DNA of 32,000 nucleotides from Candidatus Saccharimonadota bacterium (GTDB lineage Bacteria > Patescibacteriota > Gracilibacteria > BD1-5 > UBA6164): the NCBI GenBank assembly GCA_965227835.1, contig OZ245768.1, positions 420,001-452,000 on the forward strand, read 5' to 3'. The notes under the pieces are model-generated. The model searched no databases and was not told where the DNA came from. It saw nothing but the letters and a program-made list of their open reading frames with translations. Positions 1 through 10,182 of the stretch are shown piece after piece; positions within the stretch are counted from its first letter, which is position 1; each line of letters starts with the position of its first letter. Made by a program: the position numbers and the translations under genes.

Positions 1-197
1 TCTCAAGAGTGTCTTATTTCTAATCATTTTGGGCTTCTAAGCTCTCCTATTATAGAATCACTTATTTGTTCTTTTAGTTCATCCATTTTTAAAGAAGATG
101 TTTGTTCTATCATCTCTTTTATAGCTTTTAGAGAGAGATTTTCCTCTCTTGCTTGTCTAAAGCTTTCAAAATGGATTTCTCAAAAATTTTCGCTCAT
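1..197 (-). CDS. hypothetical protein, N-terminal part (gene runs off the left edge)
   Basis: ATG at complement 195-197. Frame stays open to position 1 when TGA is sense (3 in-frame TGA). Begins MSENFGEIHFESFRQAREENLSLKAIKEM. No family recognised. Confidence 0.45.
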
Positions 198-362
198 AAT
201 TTTTTTATATTTTTAATTTTACACGTAAATTGTAACATATATTTTTTTGAGAGTCAAAAAACTGACTACAATGTTTTTTATATCTTACAAAATAAAAAGT
301 TGTTTTGACTTATATTTCGGCAAAACTATAATAATTTTAGTTTTTTATTTTAAAGTTATTTT

Positions 363-1280
363 ATGGTTAGAAATTTAAAAATATGATCACTTAATTGGAT
401 AGATTGAGTTTGAATAAAGGATGAAGAGATAAAAAATATTTTATCTAAACATAGTGTACATGAGCTTGATATAGAGGCTTGTTTGGAGTGAAATCAAAAA
501 GCAAGGATTGATAACTATCCATGATATTCTTTTTTGATACTTCATTTTCCTAAATACAACAGAATAAAAAAACTATATGAACTTAATCAGTTTAATATAT
601 TTATATCTAAAAATGATTTAATTACCTTTAGAAATGCTACTTGAAATCATATAAATAGAATATTTAATTATTATGGTAGTTTGAAATCATCAGTTAAAAA
701 AAGGGATATAAAAATTAGCACTTGATATATATTGTATGAAATTACACAAGCTATGCTTGAAAAAATGTTTAATGTTATAAAAAATATAACTCTTGATATA
801 AAAACGATAGAAACAAAGATTTTTGATTGAAAAGATAGTACAAGTCTTGTTAGAGATATAATGATAAAAAAAAGAAATATAATTACTTTGAAACATATGT
901 TTAAACCTCAAATAGCTGTGTTGAAACAATTAAAAAATTTGATAAATGATATATACAAATGAGAGATAGAGGTTTATTTTGAAGATTTGGAAGATAAACT
1001 TGACCAAATAGTTAATGATATAAATGTATTGCAAGAGTATATGGAAGGTGTTGAAAATTCTTTTAAGTCTATAGTTGATATAAAAACTAATTTTGTAATA
1101 AAAATACTTACAGCTTTTTCTGCTTTTATGCTTCCTCTTACCTTAGTTACTAGTTTTTACTGAATGAATATAGATTTGTCTCCTTATCAAAATATTAATA
1201 TACCTCTTTTTCTTTTTTCTATTGGTTTGTCTTTTATAGTTATTATTTATTTGTTTTTGAGAAGTGGTTGAAGGTTTTAG
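363..1280 (+). CDS. corA: magnesium/cobalt transporter CorA
   Basis: 306-codon frame open only with TGA as sense. C-terminus has two hydrophobic helices and the signature LVTSFYGMNIDL, in which the G of YGMN is the TGA at 1161-1163. Stop TAG at 1278-1280. Confidence 0.9.
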
Positions 1281-1334
1281 ATAAGAAAATTTTATTTTAT
1301 CTTGAAAATGATTTAAAGTTAATACTATAATTCT

Positions 1335-1450
1335 TCGAGCAGATATTATTTTGACTCAAATTAAATCTTATACTAATCACCCGAGCAGACTTCACCCCCC
1401 AATCCCTCTCCTTAGAGGAGAGGGGATAGAACAGGAGAGATAGAACAGAG
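1335..1450. repeat. GC-rich palindromic intergenic repeat, family A (copy 1)
   Basis: cgagcagacttcaccccccaatCCCTCTCCTTagAGGAGAGGGGatagaacagg, with a 10-bp G/C-rich stem. Related copies lie at 13725-13895, 15790-15862 (inverted) and 18025-18190. Confidence 0.8.
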
Positions 1451-1603
1451 AAATTATTTAGAACTCTTTAACTCTAAAAATTACAAAAGAGTATTAGATA
1501 TAAAAAAATAGTTATAATAATTTTTGTTTTTATAATTATAAAGGAATTTTTCAGTTTCTCCTTAATATTTAGCTTTGTTTTAAATTAATAATAAATTTTT
1601 TTA

Positions 1604-2977
1604 ATGACTCCAAGAATAACAATTATAGGTAGACCAAATGTTTGAAAATCAAGTTTTTTCAATTTATATACCTGACATAAAATAGCAATTATAGATAATA
1701 TTTCTGGAACAACTAGAGATATATCTGAATTTGAATTCTATGATTCTAAAAATGATATAAAATATATAATTGCTGATTCTTGATGACTTGATTTTTGATC
1801 AAAAACTGATGAGGTTTCTTTAGATATTATAGAAAAAACAAGAGAATCTATGAAATCTTCAGAACTTTTAGTGTGGGTTTTGGAATATGATAAATTTAGT
1901 AATCTAGATGAAAAAATATTAAAAGTTCTGAAAAAGCAAAATTTTAATAACTATATAATAGTTGCTAATAAAGCTGATAATGAATCATTTGTTATGGAGT
2001 CTTGGAATATATCTGGAAAGTGAGAGCTTGAATTCTTTCCAGTTTCTGTTTCCCATAATTCTTGAATAGATAGTATCAAAGATTTTATTTCTTCTTATTT
2101 AAAAAATAATTGATTATCTCAAATAGATAATAGGGAGGAAAAAGATTTTATAAAGTTATCAATTATAGGTAGACCAAATGTAGGGAAGAGTAGTATTATA
2201 AATACTATTTTAGGTAAAGACAGGCTTATGGTAAAAGATATGGCTTGAACAACTCGTGATAGTATTGATTCTAGATTCGTTTATAATGATAAAAACTTTA
2301 TTTTAATTGATACAGCCTGAATTAGAAGACTTAGTAAAGTTTGAGTTAGGAATGTAGAAAATTGGTCTGTGATGAGATCACAAAGATCTTTGAAAAGATC
2401 AGATATTGTTTGACTAGTTATTGATTGATTTGAATGAATAGTTTCCCAAGATTTATCTATAGTAAATATGGTCTTAGAAGAAAAAAAAGGGCTTGTTTTA
2501 ATTATTAATAAATGGGATAAAGTATTGAATAAACCTTGAATAAACAAATCTAGTATAATGAATAAGTATATAGAATATTTGCAAGAAAAAATAGAATTTA
2601 TCCCTTGGATTCCTATTGTTTTTACTTCAGCTCTTGATAAAAAAAGACTAGATGAGATCTTAAAAAGAGCTATAGAAATATCAAATGAGAGAGTAAAGAG
2701 AGTAAAAACAGGGGTATTAAATAACTTTTTAAAAAAACTTGTGTATAAGCACCCTCCTACTTGAACCAAAAAATCACATTCCCCTAAAATATACTATGTT
2801 ACTCAAGCAGATATTAATCCTCCAAAATTTGTTTTTTCTGTTTCAAATCCAGAACATTTTCATTTTTCTTATAAAAGATATATTGAAAATAGGATAAGGG
2901 ATAATTTTTGATTTAGTTGAACTCCTATTATTATAGAATATAGATGAAGATGAAAAAATAAATGAAAAATAAAATAA
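1604..2977 (+). CDS. der: ribosome-associated GTPase Der/EngA (two tandem GTPase domains plus KH-like C-terminus)
   Basis: Two P-loops [11 protein letters not shown]: the first uses TGA (1643-1645) for the Gly, the second uses GGG (2183-2185). DSGG, DTAGIRR, NKAD and NKWD motifs are present. I counted 21 in-frame TGA. Track ORF 2558..2764 is an in-frame fragment. Stop TAA at 2975-2977. Confidence 0.95.
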
Positions 2978-3067
2978 GGCTAAAACTTTCTTTTAGAAAA
3001 ACCTAAAGTAACATAATTTACAAATTATTTTATTACATACACGACTTAATAATAGGCAAAACTAAAA

Positions 3068-3100
3068 GTATCCTTGGTGTAAACCGAGGATACTTTTTTT
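3068..3100 (+). terminator. rho-independent terminator downstream of der
   Basis: Stem GTATCCTTGG / CCGAGGATAC (one G-T wobble) followed by a T7 run. Confidence 0.75.
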
Positions 3101-3124
3101 CAAAAAGATAAAATTTTTACAAGG

Positions 3125-3228
3125 ACAAATGGTAATCCTGTCTGAAACGAGCTAATTATCTTTATAATAACAATAAAACAGTGTTTCAGATAAGACTGAG
3201 CAAATGGCTAAAGCTATCTGTTAAAGAT
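3125..3228. repeat. intergenic structured repeat, family B (inverted copy)
   Basis: Inverted repeat CTGTCTGAAAC ... GTTTCAGATAAG plus a GGCTAAAGC module. The reverse complement gctcagtcttatctgaaac matches gctcagtcttgtcggaaac at 15921-15940. Confidence 0.6.
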
Positions 3229-3266
3229 TAGTTTTTCTGCAGAATTTTAATTTTGCATAAGTACCT

Positions 3267-3377
3267 TTAATAAATTTCTCCCAAGGTTTCTTTCATTTCT
3301 GCATATCTTAAATCTTTCCTAGATTGTATTTTTCTAAATTCTTTACCCTGATTTTTTACTTCTTTTTTAGTTGGCAT
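3267..3377 (-). CDS. possible small basic protein (36 aa)
   Basis: ATG at complement 3375-3377, stop TAA at 3267-3269. Translation MPTKKEVKNQGKEFRKIQSRKDLRYAEMKETLGEIY. No Shine-Dalgarno and no homology recognised. Confidence 0.25.
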   Translation of the reverse strand: MPTKKEVKNQGKEFRKIQSRKDLRYAEMKETLGEIY

Positions 3378-3398
3378 AAAATTTTGATTAAAATAATA

Positions 3399-3433
3399 AT
3401 ACAACTTAATTTTAACATAAGTTGTATTTTTTT
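3399..3433. terminator. bidirectional hairpin terminator downstream of the FemAB-like gene
   Basis: Perfect 10-bp stem ATACAACTTA / TAAGTTGTAT with T6 on the plus side and an A/T-rich tract on the minus side. Confidence 0.6.
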
Positions 3434-3494
3434 GTCAAAAATATGTTCTGTTTTGAGGAAGTAATTAATTCTAAAATCTTTCAACTTTCTTTAA

Positions 3495-4547
3495 TTATTC
3501 AGGTTTTTTGTAATAATATCATCTCTTCTTTCTTCTCATACTTTCTATAATCCAATTAAACCAATATTTACTGGATATAGGTAAATCTTGAGTATGGAGT
3601 AAACTATAATCATAACCTCAAAATTTTCTTTTGAATTTTGTAACTCAAGATAGAGGATGTTTTTTGTTATCATCAGGTGAAATTCACCAAAAATTATATA
3701 GTTTACAACCTCTTTCTTTTGCATCTTTTATAGCTTCCCATTGACACAAGTAATTCGGGGAAAATTTATGATTTATTATCTCACTTGTAGCTATATAATA
3801 AACACAAGTCTTTCAAAAAGATATAGTCATAAGTATTGACTCTGTTTTTCATTCAAAACTGGTTGATATAGTATTTATATTATCTCAAAATAAATCATAT
3901 AAATAGTTTATAAAATCACTTGAAAAGGGATGATAACCTACTTTTTTTGAATGTCTTATATGCATATTTGTAAGAATTTCTATTTGTTTTTTAGTGTTTC
4001 ATTTTACTATAGAAACTCACTGTTTTATAGCTCTGTTTATATAATATCTATCTTTTTTCTTTATATTTTTCATCAACTCATCTACACTTTTTGATAAATC
4101 AAGTAAGTGAGTATCTTCTGCATGTTCATGCATAGGAGCATTTATAAAACCTAAATTTTTGAATTTATTTTTATTTTCTACCAAGTTTTTCTCTGTAGAA
4201 TTAATCCTTATAAAATCAAATTTATTATTTCTAGCATAGTTTTTTAAATCTATTATAACTTCTTTTAAAACATCAAAGAAATCTCATTTTATAAGAGGTC
4301 AATGAGGGATAAATAAATAAGATCATCTTTTTGCTCTTATACATATTACCTGCATAACTCATATTAAGCTATTATTTCATTTTTTTGACTCTTTTTCATA
4401 TATTCAATATCTTATAATATCTTTTTTTAATTTTTTTTGAACCTCTCACCATTCCCAAGATTGAAGAAAACTATAAAATTCAAAATCAGATTTTATAATA
4501 AAACTGTTCCAAATATTTTTTTTTGTTATTTCTTTAAGCTTATACAT
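3495..4547 (-). CDS. FemAB-family peptidoglycan aminoacyl/peptidyl transferase (FemX-like)
   Basis: 351 codons open on the minus strand with TGA as sense. N-terminus FLQSWEWGEVQKK. C-terminus YYIATSEIINHKFSPNYLCQWEAIKDAKERGCKLYNFWGISPDDNKKHPLSGVTKFKRKFGG, typical of the FemAB family. Confidence 0.85.
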
Positions 4548-4555
4548 ATTTTTTG

Positions 4556-5830
4556 CTAAAAATTATTTATCAAATTTACAACCCTGTCCAAATCATTTTT
4601 ATTTATTAGTTTATGGCTAGGTAGTGTTAAAATTCTTTCACTTATATTTTCTGCTATTTTACACTTTCATTTTTTATAAAATGCTTTCTTTAAATCTATT
4701 CAGGAAGGAACAATGTTTTGTCCACTCCAGCTTGTTCAAAATATTATTTTATTTTTTCTTCATAATTCTATCAATCTATCTTTTTCTTTTTTTGATTTTA
4801 AAAGTATAGGAAATCTAAATCAGTTGTAGTTTTTTAAATCTTCAAAAACTATTTTCACTTTTGAGTTTTTGATGTTTTTCAAATAATATCATGCATTTTT
4901 TAGTCTTTTTTTAGTGTAGTATTCTAGTTTATCAAATTCTTTTATTCATAGATATGCCAAGGAGTTTGGCAGAGATAAATTAAAATTTGTATCCATAAAC
5001 TTTTTCTCATTTTCACTTAATATTTCTGTTATAATATTTAGTTTTCTTGATGTAAAAATAATTAGTTTTCATAAAGAAAAAAAGTCATAAAATTTATATG
5101 ATAAATATCAAATTATATTGTAAAATAAGTTTCTTATAATTAAAATCTTTGTAGGCATTTGTAGTGTATTTCTTATTCATTGTAGCTTGGAGAAATACTT
5201 TTTATTTTTCACTACAAGAAATCATCAACCAATACTTGATATTACTTTGTCTCTTCAGCTAGAAAAAACTAAGAAATCTCATTCTTGTTTTTCTTTTGAT
5301 AATACTAAACCATGTGCTAAGTCTTCTATAATTATTATTCCCCTTTTTTTAGCTTCTTTTATTATTTTTTCATAATCTCTATGTTTTTTTCAAAAGCTAT
5401 TTTGTAATATAATTACTTTTGTATTTTTATTTATATTTTTTATTAGTTTTTCTAAATCAAAACTTAGGCTGTCTCTTTCTATATCACTATAAACTATTTT
5501 TGCCCTAGATTTAATTACAGAATTACAAACAACACTACAAGTATAAGAATTTACTATAACTTCATCACTTTTTTCAATTCATATAATTTTTAAAGCATGG
5601 TATATAGCAGACCTAGCATTATAAAAACTTAAAATTTTCTTTTTTTTACTTTCTTTTTTATAAGAACTATCTATATTCAAAAGTCTTTTTTCAAGTTTTT
5701 TAATTTCTTCTCATTTTTCTATTTTTTTTATGTATATACTCAATAAAAACAAACTATCGAGCATTTGAGAAAAGCTTATTGTGGAGAAAAAATCAGATAT
5801 TATAGTTTTTTTTAATATAAATTTTGACAT
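4556..5830 (-). CDS. DegT/DnrJ/EryC1/StrS-family PLP-dependent aminotransferase-like protein
   Basis: 425 codons, stop TAG at 4556-4558, 8 nt upstream of the FemAB-like start. Motifs SFYNARSAIYHALK, VIVNSYTCSVV and FSSGRDKVISSIGGGFL (candidate PLP lysine). Confidence 0.75.
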
Positions 5831-5855
5831 TTGCATTATAATGATTATTATATGA

Positions 5856-5927
5856 TAGTTGATATTTCAACAAATAGTATAAGCTTATCTCTATAATTTG
5901 AAAAATTATTTTTTCTTTTTATATGGG
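5856..5927 (+). promoter_or_regulatory. conserved 72-nt upstream block with TATAAT (5892-5897), copy 1
   Basis: 100 percent identical to 6325-6396. The TATAAT lies 76 nt before the ATG. No clear -35 element. Confidence 0.4.
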
Positions 5928-5972
5928 GTTTAGTTTTATTTTAATAAATTCTATTAAACAAAGGAGAATGTT

Positions 5973-6179
5973 ATGGCTTATAGGTTAGAGAATAATGTAG
6001 AAGCTATTAAGATATTTCTATCTAAATTAAATGATAGCAATATTCATGAACTACAAGCGAAAGGACTTAAAAAGTTTTATGATGAACTTATAAATGCTGG
6101 TTTCGGTCATCATGATGCAATAAATATAGTTTCTCGTCAAAATCCAAATTTAACCACTATAGCTAAAGTAAATATTTAA
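5973..6179 (+). CDS. small hypothetical protein (68 aa), paralog 1
   Basis: AGGAG 8 nt upstream of the ATG. No TGA codons. C-terminal KKFYDELINAGFGHHDAINIV is shared with paralog 2. Followed by a terminator. Confidence 0.7.
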   Translation: MAYRLENNVEAIKIFLSKLNDSNIHELQAKGLKKFYDELINAGFGHHDAINIVSRQNPNLTTIAKVNI

Positions 6180-6188
6180 GCTAATTTT

Positions 6189-6224
6189 AAAACACCATTT
6201 GGGATTAATCCCAAATGGTGTTTT
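6189..6224 (+). terminator. rho-independent terminator of paralog 1
   Basis: AAAACACCATTTGGGA-TTAA-TCCCAAATGGTGTTTT, a perfect long stem with a T-run. Confidence 0.85.
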
Positions 6225-6324
6225 CTTAAGGAGATACTGAAAAATTAACATCTATGAAAAAATCAGATATTATAGTTTTTTTTAATATAAATTTTGACAT
6301 TTAATTTTTATTTATTATTGTAGA

Positions 6325-6396
6325 ATAGTTGATATTTCAACAAATAGTATAAGCTTATCTCTATAATTTGAAAAATTATTTTTTCTTTTTATATGG
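6325..6396 (+). promoter_or_regulatory. conserved 72-nt upstream block with TATAAT (6361-6366), copy 2
   Basis: Identical to 5856-5927. Confidence 0.4.
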
Positions 6397-6442
6397 GATT
6401 TTGACTTATTTTAGTAAATTATGTTAAACAAAGGAGAATTTT

Positions 6443-6661
6443 ATGTTAGAAGATTTTGAAAAATTAGATGCATTAACTACGGAGAAAATTTTATCTAATT
6501 TACCTCCTAGCAGTGTTCATCAAATACAGCGGGAAATAATCGAAAATAAGATATGGGTAATGGTACACAAAAAGTTCTTTGATGAACTTATAAAAGCTGG
6601 TTTTACTGAGAAACAAGCAATACAGATAGTTTGCAGTAAAGATACAAATTCTGACAAATAG
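6443..6661 (+). CDS. small hypothetical protein (72 aa), paralog 2
   Basis: AGGAG RBS. No TGA codons. C-terminal KKFFDELIKAGFTEKQAIQIV resembles paralog 1. Followed by a terminator. Confidence 0.7.
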   Translation: MLEDFEKLDALTTEKILSNLPPSSVHQIQREIIENKIWVMVHKKFFDELIKAGFTEKQAIQIVCSKDTNSDK

Positions 6662-6676
6662 CTTTAAGCTAACTTT

Positions 6677-6712
6677 AAAACATCATTTGGGATTAATCCC
6701 AAATGATGTTTT
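6677..6712 (+). terminator. rho-independent terminator of paralog 2
   Basis: AAAACATCATTTGGGA-TTAA-TCCCAAATGATGTTTT. It differs from copy 1 by a compensatory C-G to T-A pair. Confidence 0.85.
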
Positions 6713-6878
6713 CTTAATGAGATACTGCAAAATTAATTTCTATGAAAAAATAATCTTTTTTGCTAATTTTTATCAGGGAAATTTTTGGCTTAGAATAACT
6801 AAACAAAAAATTTTATTCATTAAAATTATCTAAAAAATCTTTATTTTTATCATTAAGAAGTAATTTTTCAGTATCTCC

Positions 6879-8522
6879 TTACTTTCTAAATTTATCAAAA
6901 TATATCCTTGATCATCTTCATTCAAAAAGTATTGTGGAATTTTTGATATTATCCATATTTTCCAATATATTATCTTCTTTAAATCAAGCTTCTAAAATTC
7001 AATCTAGAAAATATTTTCAATAATTCACCCCGCAATAAAATATTTGGTTTACTTCTTTTTTCTTTGCTATTTTTTGTCATAGTTCAAAGTGAATTTTTTT
7101 AGAGTATTTTCACAATTCTAATACATCATCCATAACTAAAACTTTATTTCATTTATATGTCCCAAGTATGTTTATTCAAGCTAAAAGTCATTCAATGGGT
7201 AGATTATAAGAATCATTTATTAAGATGTTACTTTTGTTTTTAAATACTCAAAGTCTATTTTCTGGAAGAGATATATTTTTCAAATATTTTTTAAGGTCAT
7301 TTTGTTTAATTCAAATATCCAAACAAAAAGCTATTACTCAAGTTAGGTTTAATATATTATGTTCTCACACTAAGCTACATTTAAAAGTGTAGTTTTTGTT
7401 TTTATAATGTATTTTAAATTCACTAAATCAGTCATTGGTACCCAATATTTCAGATTGTATATCAAGATTTTTGTCTTTCATTCAATATCTCACCAAATTT
7501 ATTTTTTTCTCATTTATTATAGATTCCTTTATGGCTTTTTTAATATTTTTATCATCTCCATTTACATATAGTGTTCATTTGTTTTTCATAACAGATTCAG
7601 ATATTTCACTTTTACCTTTTATTATATTTTGCTGTGTTCAAAAAATTCATATGTGTTGATTTCAAATAGCTGTCAGGAAACCATGTTTATGATTAACTAT
7701 TTTTCAAAGCAAACTTATTTCTCATATTTTATATGCTCATATTTCAGCTACAAAAAATTTGTATTTGTCGTTTAGTTTATTTATCACTATTTTTGATACT
7801 CATAATTCTGTATTTATGTTTTCGGGTGTTTTTAATGTTTTTGAGTCTTGTTCTAAAATACATGATAACATTTCTTTTATACTTGATTTTCAATAGCTTC
7901 AAGTTATTGCTACCTTTAAGGTATTTTTTGTATTTAGGGATTTTGAAATGGCTTTATTTATAATTTTGTTTTTACTATAATTCACCAAAGGCAAGCTTAT
8001 AAAGTTGTATAAAAATATTATAAGAGGAAGAGCTATAAATATAGTTAATATATATATGTATGTGTAGTTGAAAGAGTTTAAATAGTAAAACATATATAGG
8101 TCTATACCTTGAATTATTATAAATATTGATAAAAGAAAAGTTAATCTAGAACTAAAAACTGGTTTTAAAATGTTTTTCCTGATTATTTTTCATATAACAA
8201 ATATGTTTAGTATCACTAAATACCAAAAAAACATATTATAAAATGTCCCCCAAAATACTATATAGTATGGTGTTTTTGATAAGTATATTAAATATATAGA
8301 TATAGAGTAGAGTAAAAGTATTATATCAATTACAAAAAATACATTAAAAATAGCTTTTTTTCATTGTTTTGTCCATAAATATTCCCTAAATCTATCCCAC
8401 CTATATTCTTTTAATTGTATTGTATAAAGCCAAAAAAGGAGTTTGTAAGCCAAGGGTAAAAATGCTAATATAAAAATTATAGTGTAATCAAGAGGTGTTC
8501 AAATAATAAGTTCTTTTTCCAT
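6879..8522 (-). CDS. murF: UDP-MurNAc-tripeptide--D-Ala-D-Ala ligase (MurF-like) with a polytopic membrane N-terminal domain
   Basis: 548 codons. The first ~190 aa are hydrophobic (about 5 predicted helices). Then comes the Mur-ligase P-loop VAITGSYGKSS (both Gly are TGA, 7890-7892 and 7899-7901). Further motifs: TPENINTELGV, AEIGAYKIGEI, TAIGNQHIGIFG, DSYNLPIEG. Track ORF 7899..8093 is an in-frame fragment. Confidence 0.8.
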
Positions 8523-8612
8523 GCTTTTTTAATATTTAGATATAAAATTTCTTAAATGTTTTCCAAAATATATTTAATTTCTTTGTTTTTTCAAAATACA
8601 GCTTTTATTATC

Positions 8613-9422
8613 TTACATATTCAATAAAAAGTGTTTTACTAATACTTCTGGATCTTTTAGATGTATGGAGTGGGTTTTGTTTTTTAAAACTATAATTTTT
8701 GATTTTTTGATATTATCTTTCATAAAATATCAATCTCTTAGGGGAGTATATTTGTCTTTTTCTCACCATATAATCAAAGTCTCTATATTTATCTTTTTTA
8801 TTTCTTCTTTTAAATCACAAGCTATCATATTTAAATAAGTCTTTTTTAAGTTTGGATTATCAATTGCTTCTAAATAATCATAATTTCAAATTAATCTGTA
8901 AAATATTTTTTTTGTTTTTTCTAAAACAGATATTTTTCTGTTTTTTAAAAAGTTTATTTTATTAAAAGTTTTTGCCGTGATATTTAATATTTTTCTTTTC
9001 ATATTCCTTTTTATATCATTTCTAATTCAAGCAGAATTGTTTAAAACTAATTTATTTATTTTTATTTTTTTTCTGTTTGCTAATTTTATAGCAATAGCTC
9101 ATCAATTACTATGCCCCAATATAATTAATTTATTAAAATTTATATCTTTATAAATTCTTTTTAAGTTTTCTACAAATTCTTCAAATATGATAGCATATTC
9201 ATCTATGTTATATATTTTTTCACATTTTGTATTTTTTGAGGCTCCTGGTATATCAGGAATAAAGACATTATATCAAGATTTTTGTAATATTTTAGAAAAT
9301 TCATTCCAACTATCAGATGATCATCTCCAACCGTGAAGTATTAATATACTTTGATTTTTATTGCTTTTAAATATATTATAACTTATATCTTGTTTGTTTA
9401 TTTTTATTTCTTTTTTTTGCAT
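8613..9422 (-). CDS. alpha/beta-fold hydrolase
   Basis: 270 codons. LILHGWRGSSDSW and the nucleophile elbow LGHSNGGAIA (GG encoded by TGA TGA). C-terminal KTHSIHL fits a catalytic His. Confidence 0.8.
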
Positions 9423-9486
9423 AAGTTTTTAATCTATTTATTAATTTTTTGAATTATATCCATATTTATATCATTTCAATAAATAT

Positions 9487-10050
9487 ATGTGAGTTTATAT
9501 ACTACCTACAAATACTTGCTTTTGAATAGCTTGTCCAGCAAATGACTTGGAGAGTTATAAAAAAATATATGAAATAAAAAAAAGAAGCCTTGATAAGGCT
9601 CTTGCTTTTTTATGTCCCAGTTTTGATTATTTAAAAGATAATACATATTTAACTGATTCTCAAATAAATTTCCTGAATCAGTATAAAAGACCTTTTACTA
9701 TACTTATAGATATTGAAAGTATAAAAGATGAGAATTTGAAAAATATAGTTAAAAATTTACCAAACTATCATATTTATAGAAAACTAGGTTTTAGAGTATG
9801 TCATAATTTTATGCAAATTAGGCTTGTTCAAAAAAATTGAATACTTTTTTTGACTAGTGCAAACAAATCTTGAAAACCTGAAATTTTTAATACCAGGGAA
9901 ATAAGAAGAGAATTTAAAAAAGAAATAGATGATTATGAGATAAGTGTTTTTGCTCATCTGGATTATGAAATAAAATCATCTCAAAAATCAAGTGATGTAT
10001 TTCAATTTATTTGAAATAGTTTGGATTTTGAATTTTTGAGAAGGGTTTAA
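9487..10050 (+). CDS. tsaC: L-threonylcarbamoyladenylate synthase, YrdC/TsaC domain protein
   Basis: 188 codons. YILPTNTCFGIAC (PTDTxYG-like), KKRSLDKALAFLC and LTSANKSGKPE (SANxSG motif). Track ORF 9547..9840 is an in-frame fragment. The start is uncertain; ATG 9487 is the first in frame after the stop at 9442. Confidence 0.8.
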
Positions 10051-10146
10051 TTTTGAAAAAAATTAGACAATAAAAATTTATTTTATATAATCCTTTCAGT
10101 TTAGTTTTTTTCAAAGACAATAAATTTTGTTTGTATCATATTTCTG

Positions 10147-10175
10147 TTGTAAATATGAAACATTTTAATTATAGT
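10147..10175 (+). promoter_or_regulatory. sigma70-like promoter candidate (TTGTAA-N17-TATAGT)
   Basis: Hexamers at 10147-10152 and 10170-10175 with a 17-nt spacer, just upstream of the G/C-enriched segment. A second candidate, TAGACA-N16-TATAAT, lies at 10064-10091. Confidence 0.35.
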
Positions 10176-10182
10176 TTGTATT

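Larger units (their letters stand above)
5788..6760 (+). repeat. tandem duplication (about 470 bp x2) of a small-protein cassette with promoter and terminator
   Basis: 5788-5834 equals 6256-6302. 5856-5927 is identical to 6325-6396. RBS blocks, terminators and post-terminator motifs also match, while the ORFs between them are strongly diverged. Confidence 0.9.

Noticed and set aside
690-929. 79-aa minus-strand track ORF inside corA
   Set aside because: It is antisense to the CorA frame and has a low-complexity translation.
2281-2769. 162-aa standard-code ORF on the minus strand (the longest in the supplied track)
   Set aside because: It is antisense to the der frame, which has unmistakable GTPase motifs. 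The translation is low-complexity Phe/Ile/Leu/Ser-rich, as expected from the reverse strand of an AT-rich gene.
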